This document shows positions 35,280 to 50,419 of a stretch of 64,000 nucleotides of DNA, one piece after another. Source of the stretch: Eledone cirrhosa (Eukaryota). The notes beneath the pieces are model-generated. The model did no database searches, had not been told where the DNA came from, and saw only the letters and a program-made list of their open reading frames with translations. The translations under genes and the position numbers were made by a program. The stretch is from NCBI GenBank assembly GCA_964016885.1, contig OZ024764.1, positions 20,026,001 through 20,090,000 of the forward strand, given 5' to 3'. Position 1 is the first letter of the stretch. Each line of letters begins with the position of its first letter.

Positions 35280-36678
35280 GTGCTCTTTCTCTCTCACCTG
35301 TCTATTCCTAAGCTTCTGTATCTGCTCAGGGTCAGCCCCTCTCACAGATTTCCATCCTGCCTCCAACGCTTCGACGACCTAATCTTCGAGAGACTCGAGT
35401 GTCTGGTCAATGTTAGTAAGTGTTCGTCCCTCTCTCTCCCCTGCTTCCTTTCCTCCACCCAAGCTTGCAGCATCCTCTCCTCTCCAACATGGACTAGTTC
35501 CAACAGGGAGTTGTGTGAAGCTCCCCAGCAATGGAGTGAGTTGGGCTTGTCTCTTCCTGAGAAGGTGGAGGACAGTCGAAGTCAGAGAACTTGGGACAGG
35601 ATACGTTGGAATGCCACCTTCGACTCCCTCTTTGTCCTCTCAGATCAGTTTACAAGGTGCCGCTTACCATCTGCCAGCGCCAAATACTCCGGTGGCTGGG
35701 TCGATGCCTTACCCATGGCCAACGTTGGAGGCCTACTCAGCCTGGATGAACTTCGTGTCTCCATCACCCTCAGAGTGGGAGCTGACGTCTGCATGGGTTT
35801 GAGATGTGGCTAACTCCTCGACTCCACAGGCCCCCACTGTCTTTCTTGCTGCCTGAATGCCGGCCACTTCGCCCGTCACACGGAGCTAAACTTTATTCTG
35901 AAGAGAGCTTTGGCCCGGGCAAACATCCCCTCAGTCTTGGAACCATCTGGGTTGTCCAGAAGTGACGGCAAAAGACCTGACTGCCTTACCCTGTGCCCCT
36001 GGTCGAGAGGCAGGTGCCTAATCTGGGACGTCACTGTTAGTGACTCCTTTGCTCTTTCCCACATCCTTGATGCTGCGGTAAGGACGAGAGCCACAGCTTC
36101 GGCAGCCGAGTAAGACCCTCAAATACTCTGATCTGTCGACCAGCTACATTTTTCAGCCTGTGGCTTTCGAGACGTTTGGGGGAGTCGGGCCGCTGACTGC
36201 GAGGTTCCTTTCTTCACTGGCGGCTCGCCTTATAGAGTTAACTGTCGAAATCGCGAGGGCGCTTGTCTGTTCCAGCACCTCAGCCTCGCTATCACCCGAG
36301 GTAACACTGCCAGTGTGCTGGCTTGCCTCAAAACTCATTAGAGAGGTTTCCCAGTACCCCTCGTTGCTGTCTTTTGCTCTGGTGTTGGCTCCGTTGTCGA
36401 CCCCTTCCTTTACATTTTCTTTAATATTGCAACATTGAAGGAATTTATCTTTCATTGTATCATCCTTTATAGTGTTACCGAGGCATTTGTAATGTTATTT
36501 ATATATTTAAAACATATTTGTTATGTTATTCTACTGTAAATTTATTTATATGCTCTGTTTATGTTTTCATTCTGAAGGAACTTATCCACTTGTGTTGATA
36601 TAAGTGATTCTATGACTTTCCTCTAAGCATTGTGTCATTATATATGTTATTATAAACGTGAATAAATTGAATTTATAG
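35280..36678 (+). mobile_element. CRE-clade non-LTR retrotransposon remnant (restriction-like endonuclease)
   Basis: LSIPKLLYLLR, H..SC...[37 protein letters not shown] and AFETFG motifs, with an AT-rich 3' UTR containing AATAAA near 36661. Confidence 0.85.
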
Positions 36679-36927
36679 TGTGATAATAGGCCACACCTCA
36701 CACCCTAGGGGTTAACTACACACATTGAGGCAAGCCAACACACTGGCAGCATTACAACGGGTGATGGTGAGGCTAAGGTGCTGAAATAACCAGGTACCCT
36801 CACGGGTATCACCTGACACCTCATTAAGGTGAGGCTAAGGTGCTGAGATAACCAGGTACTCTTACGGATATCACCTGACACCTCAGTAAGGTGAGGCTAA
36901 GAGGCTGAAATAACCAGGTACCCTCAC

Positions 36928-37287
36928 GGAAAGGACTAGATTTGTAGAAAAAGTAGGGTGAAAGTATACAAAGAGATGTAGTTTCACAGATCTACTCACA
37001 CCTCACGTTGGGTGAGAATAATTATTTTTCTTAGAATTCTTGCTATACCCCTTTTCCAGTATTTTTTCTCTGGACCCCTTAGAAACTTGCAATAGACGTT
37101 TTATTTCCCAGTATTAGGATTAGGGTTTCCGTTTTCAGTAAGAATAGTCAATTACAAACATCTAAGAGGTCTAGAAATAAAATTAAGGAAAGATAATTAT
37201 TTCCCAGCCAACTGGAGAAGTGTGTAGCTCTTCTTAACTCCGATAATCCTGTCTCCCACTTTTTTATCTACAAATCTAGTCGTTTCC
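36928..37287. mobile_element. Mutator-like MITE (U2 copy)
   Basis: Same TIRs as 3295-3652, with one mismatch at the left end. Confidence 0.75.
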
Positions 37288-37937
37288 TACTACTTTGTTC
37301 CCTGGGGTATGCCTTAGTATTTGACACCATCTATCTGTCTTACTCCCTAACTAGCAAGAAGTCAATCTGTCTCATGTGCTCACCTGATTGGTAGGTTATT
37401 AGGTGGTTGGTAGGTTTCTTGAAGTGTTGCAAATGGTTAGTTCACTTGCATCACAAAATACAAGAAGCCTCACTCCTTCATCGTTTCTTGAGCCATAACC
37501 ATGACCCCCATGTACCCCAGTATATCCATCCTGGAACTGTCCAACATGACCATTGAAGTCCCCTGCTATTATAACTAGATCTCTGTCCTCTGTCATTGTG
37601 GTTATCTCTACTGATTCCTTTTCTACATATGGAGCAGGGCCACTTTCCCTAAGGGGTCAGGGTCTTCTCTCCTATCCATTACCACTTTAGTTTTGGCTAA
37701 GTATATTCTCAGAACTTACCATTTCAAATTCTATATCTATAGCTGGTCATCTACATAGAGAAGTTTCCATAGACAGCCAGTCTTAAACCTCTCTGTTATG
37801 GCTTGGATAACTATGATGAACAACAGTGGGCTAAGAACTAAACCATGATGAACTCCTACCTGTACCTTCAATTCCTCACTAGACACACTTTACTGACAGC
37901 TTCTCACAAGCCATTCTTCTACACCTAATTTCCTTAA

Positions 37938-38145
37938 CCCTTTAGTATATAAACTGGCCATATCTGGCCAGACTTCTCCCACATCTTTCTCTTCAAACTG
38001 GCCGTAATTGGTCACTTATACTTATGTTAAGGTATTGTTCTCAAAATAAATAACATGAAAATCTCATAGATTTGATATTATGTGAGATAAAGCATTTACT
38101 CTGAAAATATAATAGTAAATATAGAGTAATGTGAATACTAAAGGG
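37938..38145. mobile_element. piggyBac-like MITE (U2 copy)
   Basis: TTAA|CCCTTTAGTAT...ATACTAAAGGG|TTAA. Confidence 0.85.
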
Positions 38146-39260
38146 TTAATCTAATGTCACTAATAACTACTTTTATCAGTCAGTTTAATCTAATGTCACT
38201 AATAACTACTTTTATCTGTCAGTTTAATCTAATGTCACTAATAACTACTTTTATCTGTCAGTATAATCTAATGCCACTAATAACTACTTTTATCAGTCAG
38301 TATAATCTAATGTCACTAATAACTACTTTTATCAGTCAGTTTAATCTAATGTCACTAATAACTACTTTTATCAGTCAGTTTAATCTAATGTCACTAATAA
38401 CTACTTTTATCAGTCAGTTTAATCTAATGTCACTAATAACTACTTTTATCAGTCAGTTTAATCTAATGTCACTAATAACTACTTTTATCAGTCAGTTTAA
38501 TCTAATGTCACTAATAACTACTTTTATCAGTCAGTTTAATCTAATGTCACTAATAACTACTTTTATCAGTCAGTATAATCTAATGTCACTAATAATTACT
38601 TTTATCAGTCAGTTTAATCTAATGTCACTAATAACTACTTTTATCAGTCAGTTTAATCTAATGCCACTAATAACTACTTTTATCAGTCAGTTTAATCTAA
38701 TGTCACTAATAACTACTTTTATCTGTCAGTTTAATCTAATGTCACTAATAACTACTTTTATCTGTCAGTATAATCTAATGCCACTAATAACTACTTTTAT
38801 CAGTCAGTATAATCTAATGTCACTAATAACTACTTTTATCAGTCAGTTTAATCTAATGTCACTAATAACTACTTTTATCAGTCAGTTTAATCTAATGTCA
38901 CTAATAACTACTTTTATCAGTCAGTTTAATCTAATGTCACTAATAACTACTTTTATCAGTCAGTTTAATCTAATGTCACTAATAACTACTTTTATCAGTC
39001 AGTTTAATCTAATGTCACTAATAACTACTTTTATCAGTCAGTTTAATCTAATGTCACTAATAACTACTTTTATCAGTCAGTTTAATCTAATGTCACTAAT
39101 AACTACTTTTATCAGTCAGTATAATCTAATGTCACTAATAACTACTTTTATCAGTCAGTTTAATCTAATGTCACTAATAACTACTTTTATCAGTCAGTAT
39201 AATCTAATGTCACTAATAACTACTTTTATCAGTCAGTTTAATCTAATGTCACTAATAACT
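38146..39260. repeat. 39-bp minisatellite, about 28 units
   Basis: Same unit as the 10039 array. Confidence 0.97.
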
Positions 39261-39587
39261 AACCTATGTTAGTCAGCACCTTCATCACCAAGGAAGGCCT
39301 TAGTATTTATTACAGTCCATTTATCAATATAGAAATATTATATGAAATTTGTACTGATGTATTACAAGTTTCTGAGTATCTTATAATGTTCTTTTATTAT
39401 TTCAGAATACCGGAGGACATTGGCATTAAAGAGCACGTTACATCAGGCATTAACCATTTCTAATGAAAGACACTACCCATCATTTTGAAATAATTTTGAA
39501 AACACTCAACACTTTGGACTTATTTAGTAATATAACTAAATTTCTCAGTATTAAGCTGTGAATTATGTGAGAAACTGAGGTGATTGA

Positions 39588-40469
<882 letters not shown>

Positions 40470-41660
40470 CTATATCAATATCAAACTCATTACATCATAC
40501 TACAACAACAACAACAATTGTGTAGATCCATCATCCTTGCTAAAACTGGTGTTAACCTTGTAGGTTTTACCTATGACAGGGATCATAAACACCAGGTTTC
40601 CATTTTTGAAGCAGTGTTTGAAGATTTTGTGTAAATTAAAGTTTTTCACTTTATACTTTCATTTATTATACTTTGACAGGTAAGATATATATTTGTATTT
40701 TTAGTAAAGGTTGGGAACTTCTGTAATTTAAACCTGCCAATAAAATGAAAACTTTTGTTGTTGCTAGTCTGACATTGATATTAATTCTATTGTCCTGTAC
40801 ATTGTCTCAAATATCACAGATTAAACAGATTTTAACAATAACAACAGAAATCAATAAATTGTAAGCCTAATATCTAGCTTCCATTTTAACTATTTGATAT
40901 TGTTGTTCCACCTCCTGTCTCTTCAGGTCTTTTAGATTTCAACTTCTATCTACTGTACTATTCCATCACCAAGGCAACATTCATATGGCTGGCAGCTTAC
41001 ATCAAGTACAGATCTCATCAGTGGTTCACAACAGGCTGTCTGAAAGAAACTTCCAGATATCTTCTATGTCATAGCTATCAATCTCCTCCTCCTTATCATA
41101 TGTATCATGTAGAACATCTCTGAATTTATATTTAAAGGGAGATCTTTTACTGTCCCTACCCTTTTCTCTAGGTTGTCTTATACCTCTCTCACAGTCCCTC
41201 TAGATCTTATATTTAACAGGGAGATCTTTTACTATCCATACCCTTTTCTGTAGGTTGTCTTGTACCTCTCTTAAAGTCCCGGTAGATCTTATATTTAACA
41301 GGGAGATATTTTACTCTCCAACCCTTCTATCTCCAGATAGTCTTGTATCTGTCAGTCCCTCTAGATCTTACACCTAGTATCTAGTCTATGTTGAGTGGTA
41401 CGTCCTTCTCCACTAAAGGAGTTAATATTCCCAACCATCTGTCTATCCTGTTTTCTGATGAGAATGAAGTCAATCTAGTTTATCTCTTCACCTGATTGAA
41501 GTAACTAGATCAAGTAACTAGATGTTTTCCTGTAAGTTAGTGTTGCAGTGTTTGTGCCACCATGTAAGGTTTATATCTATTAATATAGAGATGTAGCAAA
41601 GTTTTCACTGTTGTATCTCTATTTTCTAAATATCTTAATAATGTTTCTCTACTATTTCAG

Positions 41661-42050
41661 AATATCACATGACCGTGACAGAAAAGAGTCTTTTAAAGAC
41701 AACAGAAAGATGTTATATACAAGTGATATAAACTTGTTTAGTCTGTGGTGAATTATGGTGAAATATTTCTTCTGAATTGAGATAAATAACAACATTTTCC
41801 TTTTTCACTGTCTGGAATATTTACAAGATGATTTTACATTCTGATTAAACTTTGGATATTTACAAAGGAGTTTTCAAAATATTTGGATATTGACAAAGAT
41901 CACATTTGGTAAAATTATGAACAATAGAAATATTTACATCAACATAGGAATATTTTCCAGAAGAGATGGGAAAATCATTATACCACTGTAATATTTGTGG
42001 TAAAGTATCCTCTCTTCTTTATATGTAGAATATCTAACTAAACACTTTAA
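41661..42050 (+). pseudogene. Decayed second ZNF exon (U2)
   Basis: Acceptor ctactatttcag|AATATC, UTR homology to the main exon, and MGKSLYHCNICGKV at 41966. Confidence 0.72.
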
Positions 42051-42156
42051 TTAACAAACTATTGTGCTATAGAATTGACAAACTTGAGGAATGTTTAATA
42101 AATGTTACTGATTTCTCCAAACTGTCGTTTATTAACTTTAATTTGAAGCTATATTA

Positions 42157-42429
42157 TCTATATACTACTAAAACTCTGTGATTGTGTCTTGTCCGTAATT
42201 TAATACAGCTAAAACAGTGCATAATGGGGAAATACTTTGAAAAGAATAAAACAAGTTTTGTATAAATTCGAGCACAGGTTCCCAAGATACGGGGGTTTCT
42301 GGGTACCTTCATAAATATAGGGAGAGAAGGAGATAGTGGTTGTGAGAGTGTGGATTGAAAAGGAGAGATAGAAGGAGATGGATGGAAAGGGGAAGAGAGA
42401 GAGAGAGCTGGTGGTGATGTTTAATAAAA

Positions 42430-42482
<53 letters not shown>

Positions 42483-42589
42483 CTATATATATGTCTATTT
42501 TTTAACTGTTTGAAAATTATTTTTAATGGACATGATTTAAAAAAAATAGCTTTAACGGAACAAGACCCAACAGGTCCCGGGTGATCTAG
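42157..42589 (+). mobile_element. Non-autonomous Helitron (U2 copy)
   Basis: A|TC...CTAG|T ends as at 27985. Confidence 0.75.
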
Positions 42590-43845
42590 TTTGTTATTAA
42601 ATACTAGATATTAGAGAGTCATGTTGTTCTAGATGTGCTGGAAGAGACATTCCATCTCGCGAGGCTCACACCAGCAGCTAGCCACCTCAGCACCTATGGT
42701 GGTATATTTATTATATTATTTATTCTTTATCATTAACATTAATATAAAAGATAATTATATATTTTTAGAGAAGAACCTCTAATTTCATATGGCATGGGTT
42801 AGACGAGTTATCCTGTTGTAAGCAAGGCCAGGTCAGGTGATAATGTGTTGCTCCTATAGAACAGTGTGGACTGGGTACTTTTTGTTGTGACATCTACACG
42901 ACCACTTTAAAGTTTGGGCTGGGTACTTTTTGTCGTAACATCTACATGACCACTTTACAGTGTGGGCTGGTTTCTTTTTGTCATATCACCTACATGACCA
43001 CCTTATAATGTTGACTGTGTTCTTAACAGTGTGGGCAGTGAAATATCAGTAATCAGAAGAAGGGAGGTAGGCATAAAAGCCAAACTTGCTGTCTTCAATT
43101 AGGTTTTTGTGCCAACCCTTGCCTATGGTCACATATCTTGGGTAATGACCAAAAGAATATGATTGGGAACACAAATGGCAGATATGGGATTCCTCTGAAG
43201 GGTCTTTGAAGAAACGTTTCTCAATAAAGTGCATAGCTCTGAGATCAGAGAGTCACTCCAGGTGGAGCTGTTACTTCTCCTAATTGAGACATCACAGCTG
43301 CAATACTATGGCCATGGGGTTAGAATGTCTGAGGAAAGAATCACTGGATAGATTTTACAGGCAAAACTAACCGGCAGGAGACCCAGGGGTAGACCTGAGC
43401 AAGATGGTCACATAACATCCATGAGCTTGGCTGGTCTCTTTGGGAGATCCAGCCACATAAATTGGAGTGGGTTGCTTCTGACAGGACCTGTTGGAGGGAG
43501 TGTTTGAGGACTCTGCCCCCAAGACCTTCTCTGGAATAAGTGGGTTAATAAGAAGAGGTTGAGGTTACATCATCAACATCAGATTTCCCTGCTAGCAAGG
43601 GTTTAATGAGTCTACTTCAACCAGATAAGTACTGAAGTGAGGCTACTGATCTCCCAGACAGACCAAGGATCTGAGACTTATTTACATAAGGTCTCATTTG
43701 CTACTGAGTGCACAGAAAAGGTTGTCATGTCTTTGTCATGATTGAAGGGTTCTCCGACACTTGTCGGGCAAGCTTTCTATGGCTAGATGTCCTTCACATG
43801 ACCAACCACATTACAGCCTGTGTTGGGTGTGTTTATCATGTAGGT

Positions 43846-46213
43846 GAGACATAACAAACTGAGGGTTCCCCAAGGGCCACATAGGTCACGTGTTGTCTGA
43901 GGGTTGCACACTACAACTAATTATGTACATTACAACTAATTAAAGTCATTTAATAAAATATATTGCAGAAAGATTTGTTACTTAAATTTAGAAACATACA
44001 ATGTACATACAAATGTTTTAGCAGCATTCATGAATACAAAGTAATGAAGTAGTTTGACAAAAAACTAAAATTTAACATGTCAACATATACTTGCTGATTG
44101 TAACAGCAACAAATACATTGTACACAAATAACAACAGTTCAAAACTGAACATTTATTTGCTACTATTCAACCATTTTTAGTGTTTTGTCCTGAGGCTTGA
44201 CACTTCTTTCTGTTGACAATTTTTGGCATGTCTGGCTGAAATGTTTGTACAGTTCCAACTTTGATCAGATGACAAGTGTTGATCAGTCAGCCTTGTTCTC
44301 TGAGAAGTTTTTGTTAATTTCATGAAGGAAAATAACTGTCCACTCACATAGGCAGAACCAAACATTGCCATAATCTTTGTGACAAACTTTCTGATGTTAA
44401 TAAACTTTTCAGGGAAGGTCTGAAAAGAAACCAGGTATCCCCACTACAAGATACTTTGTTCTGAGTGTAGAATCTGACTGCATTTCCAATAGTTCCATCT
44501 GCAGGCATTGTTCTGCCTTCATCAAAGGTGAATGGTGCTGAGAATAATGTAAACTGATGTTCAAAAAATGAGAAATCACAAAATCTTTCTTGAAATTTCT
44601 TTAACAACAATTCCAGGTGACTGTTATACTTAACTAAGCTAAATACAGACTCAGTATTGGCAGTGTTTTTCAGTTCTTTGCACATAGGAAAATGAACTAA
44701 ATTTTCATCTGACGACAGAGATTTCCATAAGCTTAGTTTTCTAATGAAGCACTTGATGTCATCATTCAACTGATTGATGGGTTTGTTTTAACCTTGTAAT
44801 TTCAAATTAAAATCAGTTAATTGTGCAGTAATATCCACAACAAAAGCCAGATGTTGGAGCCAACTTTCATCTTTTATTTAAACTGTGTTTTAACCTTTTC
44901 TCTCCAAAAACATAATTATTTCTTGTCTCAACAAATAGAATCTTTTCAGCACTTTGTGACATGTCTACCAGCAGACTTCTGTGTAGAATGGAACATCGGC
45001 GAACTGATTATCCATATCTTCCAACAACTGGCTGAACTGACGGTGGTTGAGAGCACGGCCTCTGATTTAGTTCACTGTCTTTGTGACCAAGCTAAGCACA
45101 TGATGCAATTTTAAAATCTTTCAACATAAATTTTGTTGATGAATAATAGTGAAAATGTGCAAATGATGAATCTAGATATGAGTTTTCTATTTTTGTTTGT
45201 AACTTGTCAGCAACACCATTATGTCTACCAACCATATTTGCAGCACTGTCAGTAGATAAACATGCAAGTTTACTCAGATCAAAACCATGCAGACCCTGCT
45301 TGACCTTCTCAAAGATGTCCTGGCTTGTTATAGTGTCATGCATGGGGACCAGTTCAATCAGTTCTTCATAAATATTAAATTCACAGTCACAGGCCCTGGT
45401 GAAGAATGCAAACTGTACTATTCCAGTGATGTCAAGAGTCTCATCAATAGCAATAGAAACATGTTCAAACCTTGATGATACAGCCTTTAACTGTTGTTTC
45501 AGATCACCTGACATTTCATTAATCTGTTCAGCAACAGTGTTCCTGGTTAATGAAATGTCTTTGAATAACTCTGCTTTCTCTGGACAATTTCAGCTGTTTT
45601 TACAAGACATTACTTTACAAAATCTCCTTTACTGTAAGATTTCCCACTCATAGCAATCATTTGACTGAGTTCATAGCTTGCAGTAACGGAAGTGACATTC
45701 TCTTCCTGAATTAACATAAAACAGGTCTATTGCTGTGTCAAGTTCACCTTCAATTCCTTGAGTCTTGAAACACACATTGGGCCTTCATATTTATCGTAAG
45801 ATTGATGGTTTGTTTCATAATGTCTTTTTGAATTGTACTCTTTTGGCCTGGCGATGTAGTTGTTGCAAATTAAACAGTGTATCTTTCTGTTCACCATTGG
45901 GCAATATTACTGTAATTCCCACTTTTCTTGAAACACTTGCCCTTCTTCGTTCAATTTCCTTTTTCTCTTAGCTGGAGGAGCACTAACCATTTCAAAAACA
46001 AAATCTTTTAAAATTTTGAAGGAAAGTTTTCTGTTAATGAGCTGCACGTGATTAATGGAAGTTAAAAGTAGTTGACAAAAATTGCACAAAAAAAATAATT
46101 GTATCGAAAAATTTTTAAATTTTATATTACGAAAATGAAACATGCTCGCACTGTAAAAACCTTTGTGTGGGCCGCAGGTTTGCTTGCAAAGGGCCGCATG
46201 TTTGACATGTCTG
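43846..46213 (-). mobile_element. Buster-type hAT transposon (U2 copy)
   Basis: Same TSD ATGTAGGT and transposase remnants. Confidence 0.93.
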
Positions 46214-47013
46214 ATGTAGGTTACCAACACTAGGGAGGGCAGCATGTCCTTCAGTGTGTTCTGCTACATTAACTACCAGGAGGTCACCACATGACACAAA
46301 GACTACATTTCAAGGAGGGGTCATAAAAGAACTAAATACGCGAAAAGGAAATAATTGAGCTTTGGGTCTAGGTCAAGGGGCAGAAGTGCTGCGCCCTGTG
46401 GATAAGACTGCAAAAGTATTCGCCCCGGACGATGGACAGTGACACCCACTGCAACAGCCACCCCAACCTCATGGGCTCCCTCTTCAGAAGGGCCACCAAC
46501 GTTCTGATCTTACAGAGGAGCTCGCCCGTACAGGGTCCAAGTACTTCTGAGGTCTTGATGGTGACCGGTGTGAAGAGACCTACAATTGATGTCATCCCAG
46601 TTATGTTGGACTGTAATATACTGGGGTATAGAGAGGCCTTAACCTGTCTCAGCCGGGCCACCCAGGGTTGTGTCATCTAAGTACTAGACAGGGGTGACTA
46701 GACCATGTTGTCAACTGTCAACACCAATAGGAGTGAGGCGAGTGGGTCCCCTTGCTAGACACCATATATAAAACGTATTTGCTAATTACTTTAATGAATA
46801 ATTTGTTTCATACGTAATTACTACTTTTAACACAATAGGATTTTGTACACGTGTTTGTTTGAAAACATCTTTCAAAGAAGTATGAGACAGTCTTTTGTAG
46901 TGTTTATTATAATAAATTACTGTATGTTGAGCTGTTTTAACTTCTCCACCTTCCATTATTTTATATTGTTTTTGTAAAAAAACGAGATCTTTTTCATATA
47001 TATATATATATAT

Positions 47014-47135
47014 GAAGGCGTGTGGCTGAGTGGTTAGAGAATTGGATTCGGAATTGTGAGGTTGTGAGTTCGATTCTCAGACTGGGCGATGCGTTCTGTC
47101 CTTGAGCAAGACATTTTATTTCACGTTGCTCCTTC
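47014..47135 (+). mobile_element. tRNA-derived SINE 5' part (U2 copy)
   Basis: A and B boxes as at 33236. Confidence 0.78.
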
Positions 47136-47829
47136 TACCTGGAGTTGCGACCGATAGATAGTATTAGCAATTGGAAAGACCAATGGAAACATTGTTTCCT
47201 CGGTCCGATTTGACGAAAAGTCGATCATAAAAAATATATAGAGAGAGAAACACAAACATACGCTACTGTATTACATATGTAAGGGGAGACAACTCTCGTT
47301 ACATCCACCCTTCTTTTTGATATACGTCCTTTAAATACTTTGTTCAATGGAACCTGCTTTATTTTGTGTCCTAAATAGATTTCTGTTTAACTATTTACGA
47401 GATTCACAATGATTCACGTAACCAAGTTACTTACATAGAGATATATTTCACATAGAATCACAACAAATGAAAATAATAAGTCAACACTCTGTCAATCAGT
47501 CTCACATCACATGGGGTGCCGGAGTCTCCCTCTAATACTTTCTGAGACAGTCTTACCTCGAGTGATAGCAAGGCTAAGATGTTGGAACTACCAAACACCC
47601 TCATATGTATCATCTGACACCTCGGTAAGGAGAGCTGCCAACGATAACAAGAACCTCGTTGTCAGGGACCTATCTCCTCCAAACTTCTCCAACACCACAG
47701 ACTAGAATATTCTACTCTTTATTCCCTATCAAATATATTTCAGTCTAGTCATTTGTCTTGTATCTTGTATATGTATTTTCAAAACTAACTGTCACATTTG
47801 TGAGACCCCAGTTAGTGATGTTTTTGTCT

Positions 47830-49100
47830 CCCTCCCACATCCTACATGTTGTAGTAAAAGTGAGGGTCACTGCTTCTGTAGACGAACGAAATAAAAGTTA
47901 AACTACCAGTAATTATCGGCAAAGTATTTATTCCAGTCTGTGATGTTTGAGAAGCTGGGCTGCTGACAACGAAGTTGTGGTCACTGTTGGCGGCTGGCTT
48001 TACCGAAGTACCCGATGACTCTTGTGAGGGTACTTAGCTGTTCTGGTAGCTTTGCTTCCTTATAACCAGATCTTACCGAGATACCCGATGACTCTTGTGA
48101 TGGTACTTTTAGCAGTATTGGTTATAGAGTAGTCGCCACTTTAGCAGGGTGGTAGAATCAGTGGTCGTTACTTTAACAGGGTAGATGATTGAAGGTCGTT
48201 AGTTGCCAGTGTGGTAAGTGATAGTATCCTCGTTGGATTATCTTGTTGACATAGACGTGAGGGAAGGTCCCTCGATCTATTTACCATCTATTTACAATAT
48301 TCCTTTCGTCAGGTCGCCAATTCCAGCAGCATGGATTATAGATGTTATTGAGACACGAGTAACATAATAATGATTTCAACAGCAGTAATTAGAGATGAAA
48401 TGTTTGTTTATTTATATGGTTGAAGTTACAGATAAAAAGAGGTTACAAAAGGGAATGTGCCATTGCGCCGTTAAGCCGGCGAGGCTAGGGTGCAAATGTC
48501 ACCGTTACATTATGCATGTTGCTGGCTTGAAGTTTCCGGTACAAGAGAGAGATTCTTCAAATCTTCGCGGGGAATTTCTTCCTCAGGGCGCGTAGGGATA
48601 CATCCTCTTCTACTGGCGCTGATTGGCTGAACTGAGCCAAATCACACACAGAGAATGTATGTGAGCCCGCGGAATGTAGGTCACTACATACTTAGCTGTT
48701 CTGGTAGCTTAGCCTCCATATGACCCGATCTTACCGAGATACACGGTGATCTCTGTCAGGGTACTTAGCTGTTCTGGCAACTTAGCCTCCATATGACCCA
48801 AGATACCCGGTGATCTCTGCCACAGTACTCGATTGATCCAGCACCCTACTATTTCTACCAACAGGTTATATCGAGGTATCAAGTGATACTCTTTTCAAGT
48901 CAAGACCTCCTCTGCTGTCCTCTGCCTTCCAACTGCCCTGTTATTCTACAGACTCACGAAAGTTGACGCCACCTGAAGGAGAGAGTGGTTGGTGTAGTGG
49001 TCATCGCTGGCTATTGTCCGAGTGACACAGGTAAAATACACTACCTAGACTGAGGTGAAACGTCTACCGTCCATTCCTCACCACCAACCCCTTACTTTCT
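47830..49100 (-). mobile_element. LTR-like remnant with internal repeats, host of a nested solo LTR
   Basis: TGTAGT start, repeated gtacttagctgttctgg units and a minus-strand AATAAA. The right boundary is uncertain. Confidence 0.45.
48108..48688 (-). mobile_element. Solo LTR (581 bp)
   Basis: TACT|tttag (degenerate TGTAG) ... ACTACA|TACT gives a 4-bp TSD. It interrupts a host repeat unit and has a minus-strand AATAAA near 48410. Confidence 0.7.
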
Positions 49101-49179
49101 CTATTTTAATTACATTTACTGTTTTCAACTTCATTTTTTTATTACAAACTTTACATAATTTAATTCGGTAAAAATATTT

Positions 49180-49325
49180 TTACGTCACAAAAAAACTTGA
49201 CCTTTGACATTGAAGCATGCGCAGTGGTGCAGTTGTCGACTTCCTGTCCACGTGTTAGTCTTCCTACAACAACATTTAGAAAACATTTCTGTAAATACTA
49301 AACACCTGAAACTATAATATAAGTA
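49180..49325 (+). promoter_or_regulatory. Candidate promoter block (U3) with the donor mutated
   Basis: GCATGCGCAG, ACTTCCTGT and CACGTG are present, but GTAAGT reads ATAAGT at ~49319. Confidence 0.45.
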
Positions 49326-50419
49326 TTATGTCTATTAATATTGTAGATTTAAGCTCACTTTTCACATCACAAATATATATTTTCTTGTTTGTTTCATTAC
49401 TGGAAATATAAAATGTTATCGTAATTATCTATATTTTACCTACCTCTAATTAATTAAAGTGAAAACTTTTGTTGTTGCTGAAAAATAAATTAACAAAACT
49501 AAATATTTAAATATTCTAAAGGTCGTTTTTATATTATGTGATAATATAATTAATATATTTTATTACAATTGTATAAATTTACAGTAGAATAACGTTGTAA
49601 ATATGTTTTAAATATATACATAAATAACATAAGTGTGTAAATAACATTATAAATTGCTGGCAATTCCTTGAGAAAGACATTACAAATATATTGTCTAAAC
49701 TGTGTATAATAATATAATTTATTGAACAATAATGATAAAGGAAAGAAAAACACAGAGGGAGATGGCAATTGACCACCAAACGAGGTAAACATTTTCAACT
49801 TTCCCCTTTTCTTGCTTTGTTCGAGACAACTCAAAATATTCTTCAAGGAACTGGATTTTCCATTCGGTTGGATCGAACGGATTTTACCATTTATAATCTA
49901 CGGAGAGGAATAACAGATGTTCGGAGGAAAAAAGAATTGTTTGTGGCAACAACGTAGGGAACCAACCTGGAGCAATTGTATCACACAATTATACTTTCCT
50001 CCTTAACATACACTTACAATTTTTCAAAATCAAACCCCCCAAATATAAAATATAAATAATTATAAATGGCGAGGAACCATCCCATCTCCCTCTTGAAATA
50101 ACCTGAATCTATTTATAGCCAGGTGTGACTGAAAGGTCAATCCATACTTCCATTCTATTTCACAGAATTAGAAGCTTTGACCACTTGATAGAATACAGGT
50201 CCAGTAATGTAATCACTCCGTAATTGTAAACATCTTGTATCACTATCATTCAGGTTTTGATTTTACTCAAGTCTTGCCCATGTTTTTTTTTTTTTCTTTT
50301 TTACACCAACTCACAATTTCGGTTTTTACTGCGGATTTACCCATGCGAACTATTACACAAACTCACAGCCTTAGATTTTGTATTTCTAGCGTTTTTATTT
50401 TCCTTCTCTTTGCATGTTC

